Positions 27,968 to 38,596 of a stretch of 64,000 nt of DNA are shown piece by piece. The notes beneath the pieces were generated by a model. That model was not told where the DNA came from. It searched no databases and worked only from the letters and a program-made list of their open reading frames with translations. Position numbers and translations under genes: made by a program. Origin of the DNA: Dehalococcoidia bacterium (GTDB lineage Bacteria > Chloroflexota > Dehalococcoidia > Lucifugimonadales > Australimonadaceae). The stretch spans positions 51,548 to 115,547 of the forward strand of contig CAUZFB010000001.1 of NCBI GenBank assembly GCA_963579135.1, read 5' to 3'. Within the stretch, counting starts at the first letter, position 1, and each line of letters begins with the position of its first letter.

Positions 27968-28837
27968 CTAGACCGAAGGCCAGACCTTGGAGGCATAGTA
28001 GACGAGGGGGAAGACCAGGACAAGGCTGTCGAGCCGGTCGAGGAGGCCGCCGTGGCCGGGGATGAGGGTGCCTGAGTCTTTGACCCGGGCGATGCGTTTG
28101 AGTTTGGATTCGGCGAGGTCACCGATCTGGCCGACGACGCCAATGCCCGTGCCGAGCAGGGCGGCCTGCCAGATGGCGGTGGTGATGTCGCCGAGGAGCG
28201 CTGCGAGGGCGATGGCGGCGCCGATAGCAGCAAACAGGCCACCCGCTGCACCTTCCCAGGTCTTGCCAGGGCTGATGCTGGGCGCCATCTTATGTTTACC
28301 GACGAGTCTCCCGACGGCGTAGGCGCCGGTATCGAGAGCAAAGGTGGCGGCAAAGGCAAGGATGAGCCACTCAAGGCCAGCGGGTCCGTCACGCAGGAGG
28401 ACGATGGCGGCCAGCGGGAGGGCAACGTAGAGGACTGGAAGCAGGGTGAGGACGAAGTCACCGACGAATCGGGCGTTACGCCGAATACCGCCTGCGGCGA
28501 CGAACAGCGCTCCTGCGACGCCTGCGGTGGCGAGTAGGACCGTTTGGCCGTCGAACGCGGCGGCAGCGGTGACGAACACGCCAAGGATGACGCCCTCATG
28601 GCGCAGAGGGCGCCAACCAGCACAGCGCACGAGCAAAAGGATTTCGTAGAGTCCCACAAGGGCTGCGAGGGATGCGACGACAGCAACCGTGACGCCGCCA
28701 GCCCAAGCGACGATTACCAGCAGGGGGATGAGGATGGCGGCGCTGATAAGCCTCGCGGGGAGGTCAGACTTCGCAGATCTAGCGGGGTTGGGAGCGAGCG
28801 ACGCTCGCCAGGGATTCCGGGTGAAGTTGCTCATCAA
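27968..28837 (-). CDS. cdsA: phosphatidate cytidylyltransferase
   Basis: SKLKRIARVKDSGTLIPGHGGLLDRLDS signature, multi-pass membrane protein. Confidence 0.9.
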   Translation of the reverse strand: MMSNFTRNPWRASLAPNPARSAKSDLPARLISAAILIPLLVIVAWAGGVTVAVVASLAALVGLYEILLLVRCAGWRPLRHEGVILGVFVTAAAAFDGQTVLLATAGVAGALFVAAGGIRRNARFVGDFVLTLLPVLYVALPLAAIVLLRDGPAGLEWLILAFAATFALDTGAYAVGRLVGKHKMAPSISPGKTWEGAAGGLFAAIGAAIALAALLGDITTAIWQAALLGTGIGVVGQIGDLAESKLKRIARVKDSGTLIPGHGGLLDRLDSLVLVFPLVYYASKVWPSV

Positions 28838-29574
28838 TCCACGTCGGGCAGACGCCCGAACCGACGCTGACGCCGGCCGTACTCATCGATGGCTCTTTGG
28901 ACCTCTGCGGCATCGAAGTCGGGCCAGCAGATGTCGGTGGAATAGTACTCGCTGTAGGCAGCTTGCCAGATGAGGAAGTTGCTAATGCGTTGCTCACCAG
29001 CGGTACGGATGATGAGGTCGGGCTCAGGAACGTCGGCCAGGTAGAGCCTCGCGGAGATGGCAGCCTCGTCAATCTGATTAGGGGGCGTGCCCGCTACGAT
29101 GAGGTTACGGACGGCATCAACAATCTCAGCACGCCCGCCGTAGTCAAACGCAACGCAGAGGTTGAGTCCTGTGTTGCTCTTGGTCATATCCACGGCCTCG
29201 ACGATGGACTTAGCGAGGACGTCGGGCAGACGATCCAGCACCCCGAGGTGGCGGATGCGGACGTTCTGCTCGTGGAGGGCGGCGGCTTCTTCACGTATGA
29301 CCGAGTGGAGGATCTCCAAAAGGCCGGCGACTTCAGAGTCGGGCCTGCCCCAGTTTTCGGTGGAGAAGGCGTAGAGGGTGAGGTACTCGATGCCCGCTTT
29401 GTACGAGGCTCCTAGGATGCGACGGATATTCTCAGTTCCGGCGCGGTGGCCGGCGAGCCGAGGGAGGCCCTGGCGCTCCGCCCAGCGGCCGTTGCCGTCC
29501 ATGATGATGGCGACGTGGCGCGGGATGCTCCTGTCGCGAGCGAGGTGTACCGCGATTTCAGTCTCTCGGGTCAT
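28834..29574 (-). CDS. uppS: isoprenyl transferase (undecaprenyl diphosphate synthase)
   Basis: HVAIIMDGNGRWA, LTLYAFSTENW, IRTAGEQRISNFLIWQAAYSE. There is a 4-nt overlap with cdsA. Confidence 0.95.
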   Translation of the reverse strand: MTRETEIAVHLARDRSIPRHVAIIMDGNGRWAERQGLPRLAGHRAGTENIRRILGASYKAGIEYLTLYAFSTENWGRPDSEVAGLLEILHSVIREEAAALHEQNVRIRHLGVLDRLPDVLAKSIVEAVDMTKSNTGLNLCVAFDYGGRAEIVDAVRNLIVAGTPPNQIDEAAISARLYLADVPEPDLIIRTAGEQRISNFLIWQAAYSEYYSTDICWPDFDAAEVQRAIDEYGRRQRRFGRLPDVD

Positions 29575-29579
29575 CGAGG

Positions 29580-30152
29580 CTAGACCTCCGACAACTCGGC
29601 CTCTTTGCGCGAGCCGACAGCGTCGGCCTTGGCCACGTGCTCATCGGTGAGCTTCTGAAGCTGCTCTTGGTAACGATGCAGTTCGTCCTGGGAGATCGCC
29701 TTGTCCTTCTCGAGGCTTCGGAGATGCTCCAGGATGTCCCGGCGTACATTCCTGACGGCGACGTGGGCGTCTTCCTGCAAGCGCTTGAGGCGTTTGATCA
29801 TGTCGTGGCGTCGTTCCTGGGTCATGGGCGGTATGGGCAGCCGGATAACGGTGCCGTCCGAGTTAGGGGTGAGGCCGAGGTCGGACTTCAGGAGCTCTCG
29901 CTCGATGGTGCCGACGGTGCTCTTGTCGAAGGGCTGGACCGCGAGGAGGCGGGCGTCAGGTGCGGTGATGGTGGCGACCTGATTGAGCTGCATGGTGGTG
30001 CCGTAGAGGTCAATCTTTACAGACTCAAGCATGGAGGGGTTGGCGCGGCCGGTCCGCATGCCTTCGGACTCGGTACGGAAGAAGCCGACGGATTTCTCCA
30101 TCCGCTCCTCGGCGTCTATGAAAATCAGTTCTATCTCTTCGGCGTCTGCCAT
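29580..30152 (-). CDS. frr: ribosome recycling factor
   Basis: 190 aa, RTGRANPSMLE..., IRLPIPPMTQERR. Confidence 0.95.
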   Translation of the reverse strand: MADAEEIELIFIDAEERMEKSVGFFRTESEGMRTGRANPSMLESVKIDLYGTTMQLNQVATITAPDARLLAVQPFDKSTVGTIERELLKSDLGLTPNSDGTVIRLPIPPMTQERRHDMIKRLKRLQEDAHVAVRNVRRDILEHLRSLEKDKAISQDELHRYQEQLQKLTDEHVAKADAVGSRKEAELSEV

Positions 30153-30179
30153 TGCTGGCCCTCGTATTCCGCGCGCCGC

Positions 30180-31449
<1,270 letters not shown>

Positions 31450-31479
31450 TCGGATACCTCTTTAGGTTATTCGCGTTTT

Positions 31480-32436
31480 CTAATTGCCCGATTCGTCGGC
31501 GGCCGGGGGCTCTGCTGCTGGCGCCACCACTTCAGCAACAGGCGCTGCTTCGGCAACAGAAGCTGCAGGGACGGGGGGCTCGTCGGTGGGGGAGGCGACG
31601 GCGAACGCTGAAACGTCGGCGACGCTGTCCTCACCCTCAGCGAGTTCTTCGCCGACGTCGCTATAGCCACCACGGGTCGCGAGCCACTCGTTGTTGCCCT
31701 GGAGGGCAGAGTTGGCGATGTGGGCGCTGACCAACCGGATGGACCGGATGGCATCGTCGTTGCCGGGGATGGGCCAGTCGATGAGGGTTGGGTCACAGTC
31801 GGTATCGGTAAGGGCGATAATCGGAATGCCAGCTCGACGGGCCTCGGCAACGGCGATGTTCTCGCGCCCCACGTCCACGATGAAGAGTGCGCCGGGCAGC
31901 GTGGTCATCTCTTTGATGCCACCGAGGTAGCGGTTCATCTTGTCCATGAGAGTGCCAAGTTTGAGGGCTTCCTTCTTGGGGAGGCGCTCGAACTGGCCAT
32001 GAGCCTGACGCTCTTCGAGACTAACGAGGTAGTCGATGCGTGTTTGGATGGTGGAGAAGTTGGTGATGGTACCGCCCAACCAACGTTGGTTGATGTAGTA
32101 CTGGCCACCACGGACTGCCTCTTCGCGGACGGCGTCCTGCGCCTGCTTTTTGGTGCCGACCATCAGAATCTTCTTGCCTGAAGCCGCCACTTCTGCGGCG
32201 AATCTGCAGGCTTGCTCCAGCAGGTCCATGGTCTGCTGAAGATCCACGATGTGGATCCCGTTGCGCTGGGCGAAGATGAATCGCCTCATGCGGGGGTTCC
32301 AACGGTGGGTTTGGTGACCGAAATGCACTCCTGCTTCGAGAAGCGCTTTCATGGTCAAGGGCTCTGTACTGGGATCATACGGTAGCCGGACTGGCGGCGG
32401 AGCTGAGACGCGGGGGTCGGTAGTCTGCTGAACCAT
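31480..32436 (-). CDS. rpsB: 30S ribosomal protein S2 with an A/E/P-rich C-terminal extension
   Basis: [19 protein letters not shown]..., [33 protein letters not shown]. The last 60 aa or so are low complexity. Confidence 0.95.
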   Translation of the reverse strand: MVQQTTDPRVSAPPPVRLPYDPSTEPLTMKALLEAGVHFGHQTHRWNPRMRRFIFAQRNGIHIVDLQQTMDLLEQACRFAAEVAASGKKILMVGTKKQAQDAVREEAVRGGQYYINQRWLGGTITNFSTIQTRIDYLVSLEERQAHGQFERLPKKEALKLGTLMDKMNRYLGGIKEMTTLPGALFIVDVGRENIAVAEARRAGIPIIALTDTDCDPTLIDWPIPGNDDAIRSIRLVSAHIANSALQGNNEWLATRGGYSDVGEELAEGEDSVADVSAFAVASPTDEPPVPAASVAEAAPVAEVVAPAAEPPAADESGN

Positions 32437-32512
32437 GGCACCTGCCTTTCTGTTGATCTAAGAGTTTTCCACCCGGCTCAACGGTCCTGGCGGCTTGATA
32501 GACATCCGGGGA

Positions 32513-32521
32513 AGTATAGCA
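32513..32521 (-). promoter_or_regulatory. candidate extended -10 promoter (TGcTATACT) for the rpsB operon
   Basis: The minus strand reads cgTGcTATACT about 75 nt upstream of the rpsB ATG. There is no good -35. Confidence 0.35.
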
Positions 32522-32639
32522 CGAGAGGGAGGGTCATCCGGAGCGTTTGCACTCGCTTTGCCCTCCCGACGACAGGCTGCCAACGTGCGGTACGGCGCTC
32601 CTAGGTAGGGTGGGGATAGGTGGGGTCTGGACCCCCCCT

Positions 32640-32742
32640 GGTGTCCCCCTTAGTAAGCGGGACATCTGTTGACTTCTGTGGATTAGGGGGAACACCGATT
32701 GATTAAGAGGGGACACCGATGAAGGGATCTGGGGGCACCGTA
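32640..32742. repeat. four copies of a GGGG(A)CACCGAT-type 12-mer (three direct at 21-23 bp spacing, one inverted)
   Basis: GGTGTCCCCC (32640-32649, inverted), GGGGGAACACCGAT (32686-32699), GGGGACACCGAT (32709-32720), GGGGGCACCGTA (32731-32742). Confidence 0.8.
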
Positions 32743-32801
32743 CACCGGCGGGGGCTCGAGCGGTTGGTGGCGGTCATGGCCCGAACCGAGCACGAAGGCG
32801 A

Positions 32802-33521
32802 TCAGGCGGTAGTGTTCAGGAATGCGGTGACGGAGTCGAAGACGGCGTTGAGTTGGGGGGCAGTAAGGCGTCCTGTGTTGGTGTTACGGGGGCTGGGGTG
32901 ATAGGTAGCGAACAGTGTGGGCAGTCCCTCACCAAGATCGTAGCGCCCGCCGTGCTTGAACCCGTGGCGTAGGGGCAGGCCTGTGCGCTCTCGCATGGCC
33001 CGGATGAAGTTGTCGAACGCGACGCGCCCGAACGCAAGGGCTGCTTTGAGATTAGGGAGCAGGTTGAGCTCTTCATGGATGTAGGGGCGGCAGGCCCGCT
33101 GCTCTTCGGGGGTGGCTTTGTCGTTGGGCGGTGCGCAGCGGACGACGGCGATCTCGAAGGCGTCATGGAGGGTGAGTCCGTCCTCGCGGCTAAGCGAGGT
33201 CGGTTGGGAGGCGAAACCCGCGCGATGGAGGGCTGTCGCCAGGAAGTCCGCTGTGGGGTCGCCGGTGAACATGCGTCCGGTGCGGTTGGCGCCGTGGGAG
33301 GCCGGGGCGAGGCCTACGAGGAGCAATCGAGCGTTCGGGTCACCGTGGCTGGGGACGGGAGCACCCCAGTAGTCCCATTCCTTGAAGCTGGCGCGGCGTT
33401 CATCGGTCGCCTTGCGCTGGCGATACTCAACGAGGCGTGGGCAATGGCGGCAAGCGACGATGCGCTGCTGAAGCTGGCGCATGGGGCCCTGGAGCGGGCC
33501 GTCGTACTCTCTCGTAATCAT
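32802..33521 (-). CDS. uracil-DNA glycosylase, family 5 (UDGb)-like
   Basis: VGLAPASHGANRTGRMFTGD (family 5 GLAPA motif rather than family 4 GEAPG) and ..TYHPSPRN.. Confidence 0.8.
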   Translation of the reverse strand: MITREYDGPLQGPMRQLQQRIVACRHCPRLVEYRQRKATDERRASFKEWDYWGAPVPSHGDPNARLLLVGLAPASHGANRTGRMFTGDPTADFLATALHRAGFASQPTSLSREDGLTLHDAFEIAVVRCAPPNDKATPEEQRACRPYIHEELNLLPNLKAALAFGRVAFDNFIRAMRERTGLPLRHGFKHGGRYDLGEGLPTLFATYHPSPRNTNTGRLTAPQLNAVFDSVTAFLNTTA

Positions 33522-33556
33522 AGTTCAGGACCTCGGCGGGTATGGCGGGCCAGATA

Positions 33557-33590
33557 GGCCAGTCGGCCAGTCGGCCAGTCGGCCAGTCGG
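33557..33590. repeat. tandem octamer repeat (GGCCAGTC)x4 plus GG
   Basis: Read directly: ggccagtc ggccagtc ggccagtc ggccagtc gg, in the divergent udg/apt spacer. Confidence 0.95.
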
Positions 33591-33640
33591 ATTGATAGAA
33601 TGAGAGCCTATCGCATCCCGAACTCGTGTGAGGCTCCGCC

Positions 33641-34159
33641 ATGGCAACCGACTACCGATCGCTTATCAGAGATATCCCCGATTTCCCGCAAGCGGGGATC
33701 GTGTTCCGGGACATCACTCCTTTGCTGGGCGATGCCGAAGCATACCGAGGGGCGATTCAGGAGTTGGCCGAGCCTTTCCGTAGCGCTGGGATCCACCAGG
33801 TGGCGGCGATCGAGGCGCGTGGCTATATGCTGGGCTGCCCGCTGGCGATGGAACTGGGTGCGGGGTTCGTTCCCGTGCGCAAGGTGGGCAAGCTGCCTTT
33901 CGAGACGTACAAGGCGGAGTACGCACTGGAATACGGGGAAGCGGCGATTGAAGTACATCGCGACGGGCTGCTTGCGCACCACCGTGTGCTGCTAATCGAC
34001 GATGTGCTGGCAACGGGCGGCACGATGGCTGCGACAATCGACCTTGTGCAGCAGTCGGGTGCGACGGTCGCTGGGGTAGCGGTGTTGATTGAGCTGGCGG
34101 CGCTGGACGGCCGGAAGGCGTTAGGCGGTCAGGACGTGTTTTCGCTGATCACACTGTAG
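33641..34159 (+). CDS. apt: adenine phosphoribosyltransferase
   Basis: IPDFPQAGIVFRDITPLL and the VLLIDDVLATGGT PRPP motif, 172 aa. Confidence 0.93.
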   Translation: MATDYRSLIRDIPDFPQAGIVFRDITPLLGDAEAYRGAIQELAEPFRSAGIHQVAAIEARGYMLGCPLAMELGAGFVPVRKVGKLPFETYKAEYALEYGEAAIEVHRDGLLAHHRVLLIDDVLATGGTMAATIDLVQQSGATVAGVAVLIELAALDGRKALGGQDVFSLITL

Positions 34160-34497
34160 CGCTTGACGGCGTCGAGGGCTTCACGACGGATTCCCGAACA
34201 AGCGCACGCACACCACACGCGGAAGATTTGGTGCGGCGACAGTAGGGTTAGCCTGCGATTGAGGTGTCATGTTCTGGAACGCGAGGAGCTCGCTGGAGTG
34301 GTGTTTGGGGCCGGACTCATAGTCGCGTTGGGATCATTGGCCTAGGCGCGGGTTATCCACTGGCTTACATCTTTCTGGAGGTAGGCGTTCAGTGTGATGG
34401 CGCTAGGGGTCGCTTGGTGGAAGCTACTGAAGCGCCATGGCCTGTATGCAAGATTGTCAACAAGACAGCCTGAACTCCTCGTCTAAGTTCCTATCTG

Positions 34498-34526
34498 TTG
34501 ACGGAAATCGTCACGGGTGCTAGCGT
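34498..34526 (+). promoter_or_regulatory. candidate promoter of the T-box leader
   Basis: TTGACG-(17 nt)-TAGCGT with TGc directly before the -10, a few nt upstream of Stem I. Confidence 0.4.
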
Positions 34527-34532
34527 TCTCAA

Positions 34533-34817
34533 CAATGGCCGTGATGGAGATGAGTAGGCAGGTTCCCCGACGAACAGCGAACCGGAGTTGGTGCGAGTCC
34601 GGTGTGTCGGCCCTAGCCGAAGATCCCTCCTGAGCCGTCAGCCGAAACCCTGTTCTTTATCGTCTAGGAGAGGGGGAGTAGACCTGACCGGGGTGCCGCC
34701 CGTTACCAGTGGCGAGAGCGTGTTGGCGCTCTACAGAGTGCTCTCCGGCCGGCCGGAGGGAACGAGGGTGGTACCGCGGGTAATTCGTAACCCGTCCCTT
34801 TTGAGGGACGGTTTTTT
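34533..34817 (+). promoter_or_regulatory. T-box riboswitch leader (tRNA-sensing transcription attenuator)
   Basis: Stem I elements: GA/K-turn (GUGAUGGAG..CUCCUGAGCC), AGUA S-turn, AGCGA bulge, distal loop UUGGUGCGAG. The T-box sequence AGGGTGGTACCGCG is at 34765-34778. Terminator: CCGTCCCT-TTTG-AGGGACGG-TTTTTT at 34792-34817. Confidence 0.85.
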
Positions 34818-34869
34818 GTTGGTCATTTTTCGCCGCTAAATGCGGATGGTGAGTCGAAAAGAGGACACC

Positions 34870-36456
34870 ATGAGTGAATTTACGCTGTACGACACGACTC
34901 TGCGCGATGGTACACAGATGGAGGGGATCAGCCTGTCTGTGGAGGACAAACTGAACATAGCGGAGCGCTTGGATCAGCTGGGGGTGCATTTCATTGAGGG
35001 CGGCTGGCCAGGGTCGAACCCCAAAGACGAGGAGTTCTTCCAACGGGCGAAGGATCTGAAGCTGAGCAATGCGAAAATCGTTGCCTTCGGATCCACGAGG
35101 CGTGCGAATACGCGTCCCGAGGACGACCCGAATCTGCAGGCACTCGTTGACTCCGGCGTGACGGTGGTGACGCTGGTGGGCAAGGCGTCAGATGCGCAAG
35201 TGACGCAGGTACTGGAAACATCGCTGGAGGAGAACCTGGCGATGATCCGGGAGTCAATCGAGTACCTACGGTCGAAGGGGCTGCGGGTGATCTTCGACGC
35301 TGAGCACTTCTTCGACGGCTACGCTGCAAACCAGGAATATGCAATGGCATGCGTGAAGACGGCATCCGAGGCTGGCGCAGAGCAGGTGGTGTTGTGCGAT
35401 ACGAACGGCGGCACGATGCCGGTGGATGTGTTTGCGACGGTGAGCGCAGTGCGGGGTGCGGTGGACGGCGGTATCGGTATCCACTGCCACAACGATGCTG
35501 ATGTGGCGGTGGCGAACAGCATCGCAGCAGTGCAAGCGGGCGCGACACAGGTGCAGGGGACGATCAATGGCTACGGGGAACGCTGCGGCAATGCGAATCT
35601 GGTTTCGGTGATCGCGAATCTGAAGCTGAAATTGGGCATGGATGTGGTGAGCAACGAGCAACTGGGGCACCTGACAGAGGTGCACCGGTTCGTGGCGGAG
35701 CTGGCGAACATGCCACGCAGCCGGTACCAGCCTTACGTGGGCGACAGCGCATTCACGCATAAGGGGGGCCTGCATGCGTCGGCGACGGCGAAGATGGATA
35801 TGGCTTACCAACACATCGAGCCGGGGCTCGTGGGCAATGCGAAGCGCGTTGTGATTTCGGAGATGGCGGGTCGCGCGAACATCGCAATTAAGCTTGAGGA
35901 GCAGGGTCTAACGGCAGATGTGCCGAAAGAACGATTGGGTGATCTTCTGACGCTGGTGAAAACACAGGAGGCGCATGGGTTCCAGTACGAGGGCGCTGAG
36001 GCGTCGTTCCAATTGCTGGTCCGGCGTACGCTGCCGAATTACTCCCGCCCATTCGATCTGGTCGACTACATGGTGGTGATGGAGAAGCGCCGCCGCCAGA
36101 ACAGTTTGCTGGATAACGGAGATGAGACGTTGTGCGAGGCGATGGTGAAGGTGCGCGTGAACGGCGAGGTGATGCATACGGTGGCCGAGGGCAACGGGCC
36201 GGTCAACGCCATCGACGCTGCGCTGCGCAAGGGCCTGATTCAGGCGTACCCGCAGGTGGCGAACGTACAACTAACGGACTACAAGGTCCGCGTGGTGGAG
36301 CAGGGACCGGATGGCACGGGCGCTGTGGTGCGCGTGCTGGTGGAGTCGACGGACGGCGAGCACTACTGGAATACGGTGGGGGCCTCCACGAACATCATCG
36401 AGGCTTCATGGCAGGCGCTCACGGACAGCCTGGAGTACGCGCTTCTCGCGAAGTAA
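34870..36456 (+). CDS. citramalate synthase-type LeuA family enzyme (2-isopropylmalate/citramalate synthase)
   Basis: MSEFTLYDTTLRDGTQMEGISLSVEDKLNIAERLDQLGVHFIEGGWPGSNPKD, HCHND, and a C-terminal LeuA-dimer-like domain. The approximately 529 aa length matches the CimA-type subfamily. Confidence 0.8.
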   Translation: MSEFTLYDTTLRDGTQMEGISLSVEDKLNIAERLDQLGVHFIEGGWPGSNPKDEEFFQRAKDLKLSNAKIVAFGSTRRANTRPEDDPNLQALVDSGVTVVTLVGKASDAQVTQVLETSLEENLAMIRESIEYLRSKGLRVIFDAEHFFDGYAANQEYAMACVKTASEAGAEQVVLCDTNGGTMPVDVFATVSAVRGAVDGGIGIHCHNDADVAVANSIAAVQAGATQVQGTINGYGERCGNANLVSVIANLKLKLGMDVVSNEQLGHLTEVHRFVAELANMPRSRYQPYVGDSAFTHKGGLHASATAKMDMAYQHIEPGLVGNAKRVVISEMAGRANIAIKLEEQGLTADVPKERLGDLLTLVKTQEAHGFQYEGAEASFQLLVRRTLPNYSRPFDLVDYMVVMEKRRRQNSLLDNGDETLCEAMVKVRVNGEVMHTVAEGNGPVNAIDAALRKGLIQAYPQVANVQLTDYKVRVVEQGPDGTGAVVRVLVESTDGEHYWNTVGASTNIIEASWQALTDSLEYALLAK

Positions 36457-36468
36457 GCTATACCAACC

Positions 36469-36903
36469 ATGACCAATGAACGCATCTTTTATTCTGACTC
36501 CAACGGTATCCGCATCGGAACCACGGAGATGACATTCGCGGCCCATAAGTACGGGACGCGGAACGTGTCGTCGGCGAGCATCGAGACGGAGAGCCGCCGG
36601 AAGTGGCCGGGGATGATGATGATGGTTATCGGTTGGGCGTTGTTAGTTGGTGGTTTCTGGGCGGATTCGTTCCAGACGATGATGATGGGGGCGGCAGGCT
36701 TCGCGGGTGGGTCGTTCTACTTCTCCCGCCGTAAACCGACGTACGGGCTGCGGTTGAACACGGGGAAGGGACCGGTGTTCGTGGTGGCGTCCCGCCGAAA
36801 AGAGTTCCTGGAGCAAATCAAGGAGGCGGTCGATCGGTCGATCGACGCTTCTCGGTCTTCCAGCCAGTCCAACGTTAGCGCGGGGATCGAACCTCAGGCG
36901 TAA
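36469..36903 (+). CDS. hypothetical small membrane protein
   Basis: 144 aa with two central hydrophobic helices (WPGMMMMVIGWALLVGGFW.., MMMGAAGFAGGSFYF). No recognisable catalytic motif. Confidence 0.5.
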   Translation: MTNERIFYSDSNGIRIGTTEMTFAAHKYGTRNVSSASIETESRRKWPGMMMMVIGWALLVGGFWADSFQTMMMGAAGFAGGSFYFSRRKPTYGLRLNTGKGPVFVVASRRKEFLEQIKEAVDRSIDASRSSSQSNVSAGIEPQA

Positions 36904-38177
36904 GCCATGTCGAGGGCGAGGGCAGACCAGCCGAACGATCGGGCGCCCATGCCCTGCCCGCTGAGAGGATTGTAGTACTCGTGAAGGCCTTGCTTGGCGA
37001 CAAGCTCAACTGTGCGAGCGGCGAGGTGCTCGGCGTTTTCACTGTGCCCGTGGGCGCGCATGCCACGCCAGACGAGCCAGTTCGTGTTGATCCAAGTGGG
37101 ACCCCGCCAGATGAGCTTATCCTCGCGGGGGTCGAAAGCGCTTTCGGTGGCTGCGACAGAGGGGATGGGATAGCGCAGCCAGAATTTGTCGCGGCGGAGA
37201 ATGTGCCTGTCGACTATCTCGTCGACGATGTCCTGAGGGATATTGGGCATAACGAGGGGTACGAGCGCGCCGACGGTGAGGGGCTGCACGCGACGCTCGT
37301 CAGCACCGATGAGGCTCATGAAGCCGCCATTGGCGCGATCGAGCATCTTATCGAGCATGGACGAAGTGACCTTGGCCGCCATGGCGTCGTAGGCGACGGC
37401 TGATCGGCTGTTGCCCTGACTGCGGTGCATGCGGGCCATGGTGGCGAGAGAGTCGGCGTAAACGCCGTTGACCAGCGCTTCCTTGACGTAGAAGCGGCGC
37501 TTGCTGAGCATCTTGGCGCTGTTGTAGCCGGCGAGCCAGTTCAGGACGTCGATGCGCCGATTCTTGAACCCTGCCCTCCAACGACCGGGGGCGCTCTTGA
37601 ACCCGAGGACTTCGTCAAAGACGGGGGACTGGTCGGTGCCAGCTTCGTAAGGTGAAACGATGACGATGAGCCCGTCGTCGTCGGGGACACGGTTGGTCGA
37701 GAGCCACTCGTGGTAGGTGTCGAGGGCGTGCATGAAGCGCGGCGGGATGGCGACGTCGCCGATGATCTCGCCGACGCGCTCGACTGCTTGGGCCAGGACT
37801 GGGGGCTGGATTAGGCCAGAACTGCGCAAGCGTTCGCCAGGAACGGCTTGGCCGTAGGCCCAGGGGTGGGCGATGCCGCCAAGCTTGGAACCCCAGAAGT
37901 GCATGTGCCCGATGAATCCATCGTCACGCTGAGTGGCGACGAGGGTCTCAAGCTCGCGTAGGGCTTGGTCGGGGTCGACGTGGGCAATGGCGATGGCATG
38001 GAAGCAGGAGTCCCAGAACCATTGCCACTGGTACTCGTGGGGGGAAGGGCAGAGGTAGGAATAGTCGAAGTTGAGGCTGTGGTCGTGGCCTTGCTTTAGG
38101 TTGCTCTTGGCCATGCGCTTTACGAGGGCGGTGATCTGCTGGACGTCTGGGCTTTCCATGAGAAAAGTATGGCGCAA
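36894..38177 (-). CDS. (alpha/alpha)6-barrel glycoside hydrolase, GH63 / MGH1-like
   Basis: YQWQWFWDSCFHAIA..., ..SPYEAGTDQSP.., ..GPTWINTNWLVWRG.. patterns typical of GH63-like glucosidases. Confidence 0.6.
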   Translation of the reverse strand: MRHTFLMESPDVQQITALVKRMAKSNLKQGHDHSLNFDYSYLCPSPHEYQWQWFWDSCFHAIAIAHVDPDQALRELETLVATQRDDGFIGHMHFWGSKLGGIAHPWAYGQAVPGERLRSSGLIQPPVLAQAVERVGEIIGDVAIPPRFMHALDTYHEWLSTNRVPDDDGLIVIVSPYEAGTDQSPVFDEVLGFKSAPGRWRAGFKNRRIDVLNWLAGYNSAKMLSKRRFYVKEALVNGVYADSLATMARMHRSQGNSRSAVAYDAMAAKVTSSMLDKMLDRANGGFMSLIGADERRVQPLTVGALVPLVMPNIPQDIVDEIVDRHILRRDKFWLRYPIPSVAATESAFDPREDKLIWRGPTWINTNWLVWRGMRAHGHSENAEHLAARTVELVAKQGLHEYYNPLSGQGMGARSFGWSALALDMAYA

Positions 38178-38229
38178 CGAACGGACGAGAAGGAATGGCT
38201 TCTCGTTCCCGGTAGATGCCGGTCTCCGT

Positions 38230-38359
38230 GGAGGCTCAATCGTTGATCTCTTGGCCGAGGGAGTGTGAAAGACCCGTTCAACTGCGCTACGCTCCGCTCA
38301 GGAACAGGGGGCGCGGCGGGAAGTGAAGGTCGCCCGGCGCTCCGGGAAGGCGTGCGCGC
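38230..38359 (+). repeat. copy A of the dispersed mosaic repeat family
   Basis: ..CCCGTTCAACTGCGCTACGCTCCGCTCAGGAACAGGGGGCG.. followed by ..CGCCCGGCGCTCCGGGAAGG. Confidence 0.7.
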
Positions 38360-38596
38360 AGGGGTAGCAGCCGAGATGAACGTCATCGGGATAGCGACGC
38401 CGTTCACGGAATACTCACCACAGCGTGAGCTTCCGGTTCCCGCCGAGTGGGTTGCGCGCGACCCGGCATAGCTCAGCGACGTGATGCGACGGAAAATCAA
38501 AGAACACAACGCGACCGCTCACCCAGGCCAGGCGACGTAGGGGACGCACACGGGAGGTCGTCTCGCAAGGCGCTGGGGCGTGGCCCCTGGCGCGCG

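Noticed and set aside
32640-32742. Mini-CRISPR array, given regularly spaced short repeats.
   Set aside because: The repeats are only about 12 nt with spacers of about 10 nt, there are three or four copies, they are imperfect, and there are no cas genes. An operator or iteron-like explanation is more reasonable.
34163-34497. Possible small genes (ORFs 34163..34345 and 34264..34473) between apt and the T-box leader.
   Set aside because: The translations are not protein-like, there is no SD/start context and there are no motifs. The region is left unannotated.
38467-38478. tRNA-like D-arm string CATAGCTCAGCG.
   Set aside because: There is no matching GAGC closing the D-stem, and no anticodon or T-arm (GTTCGAATC-type) follows, so no cloverleaf can be drawn.
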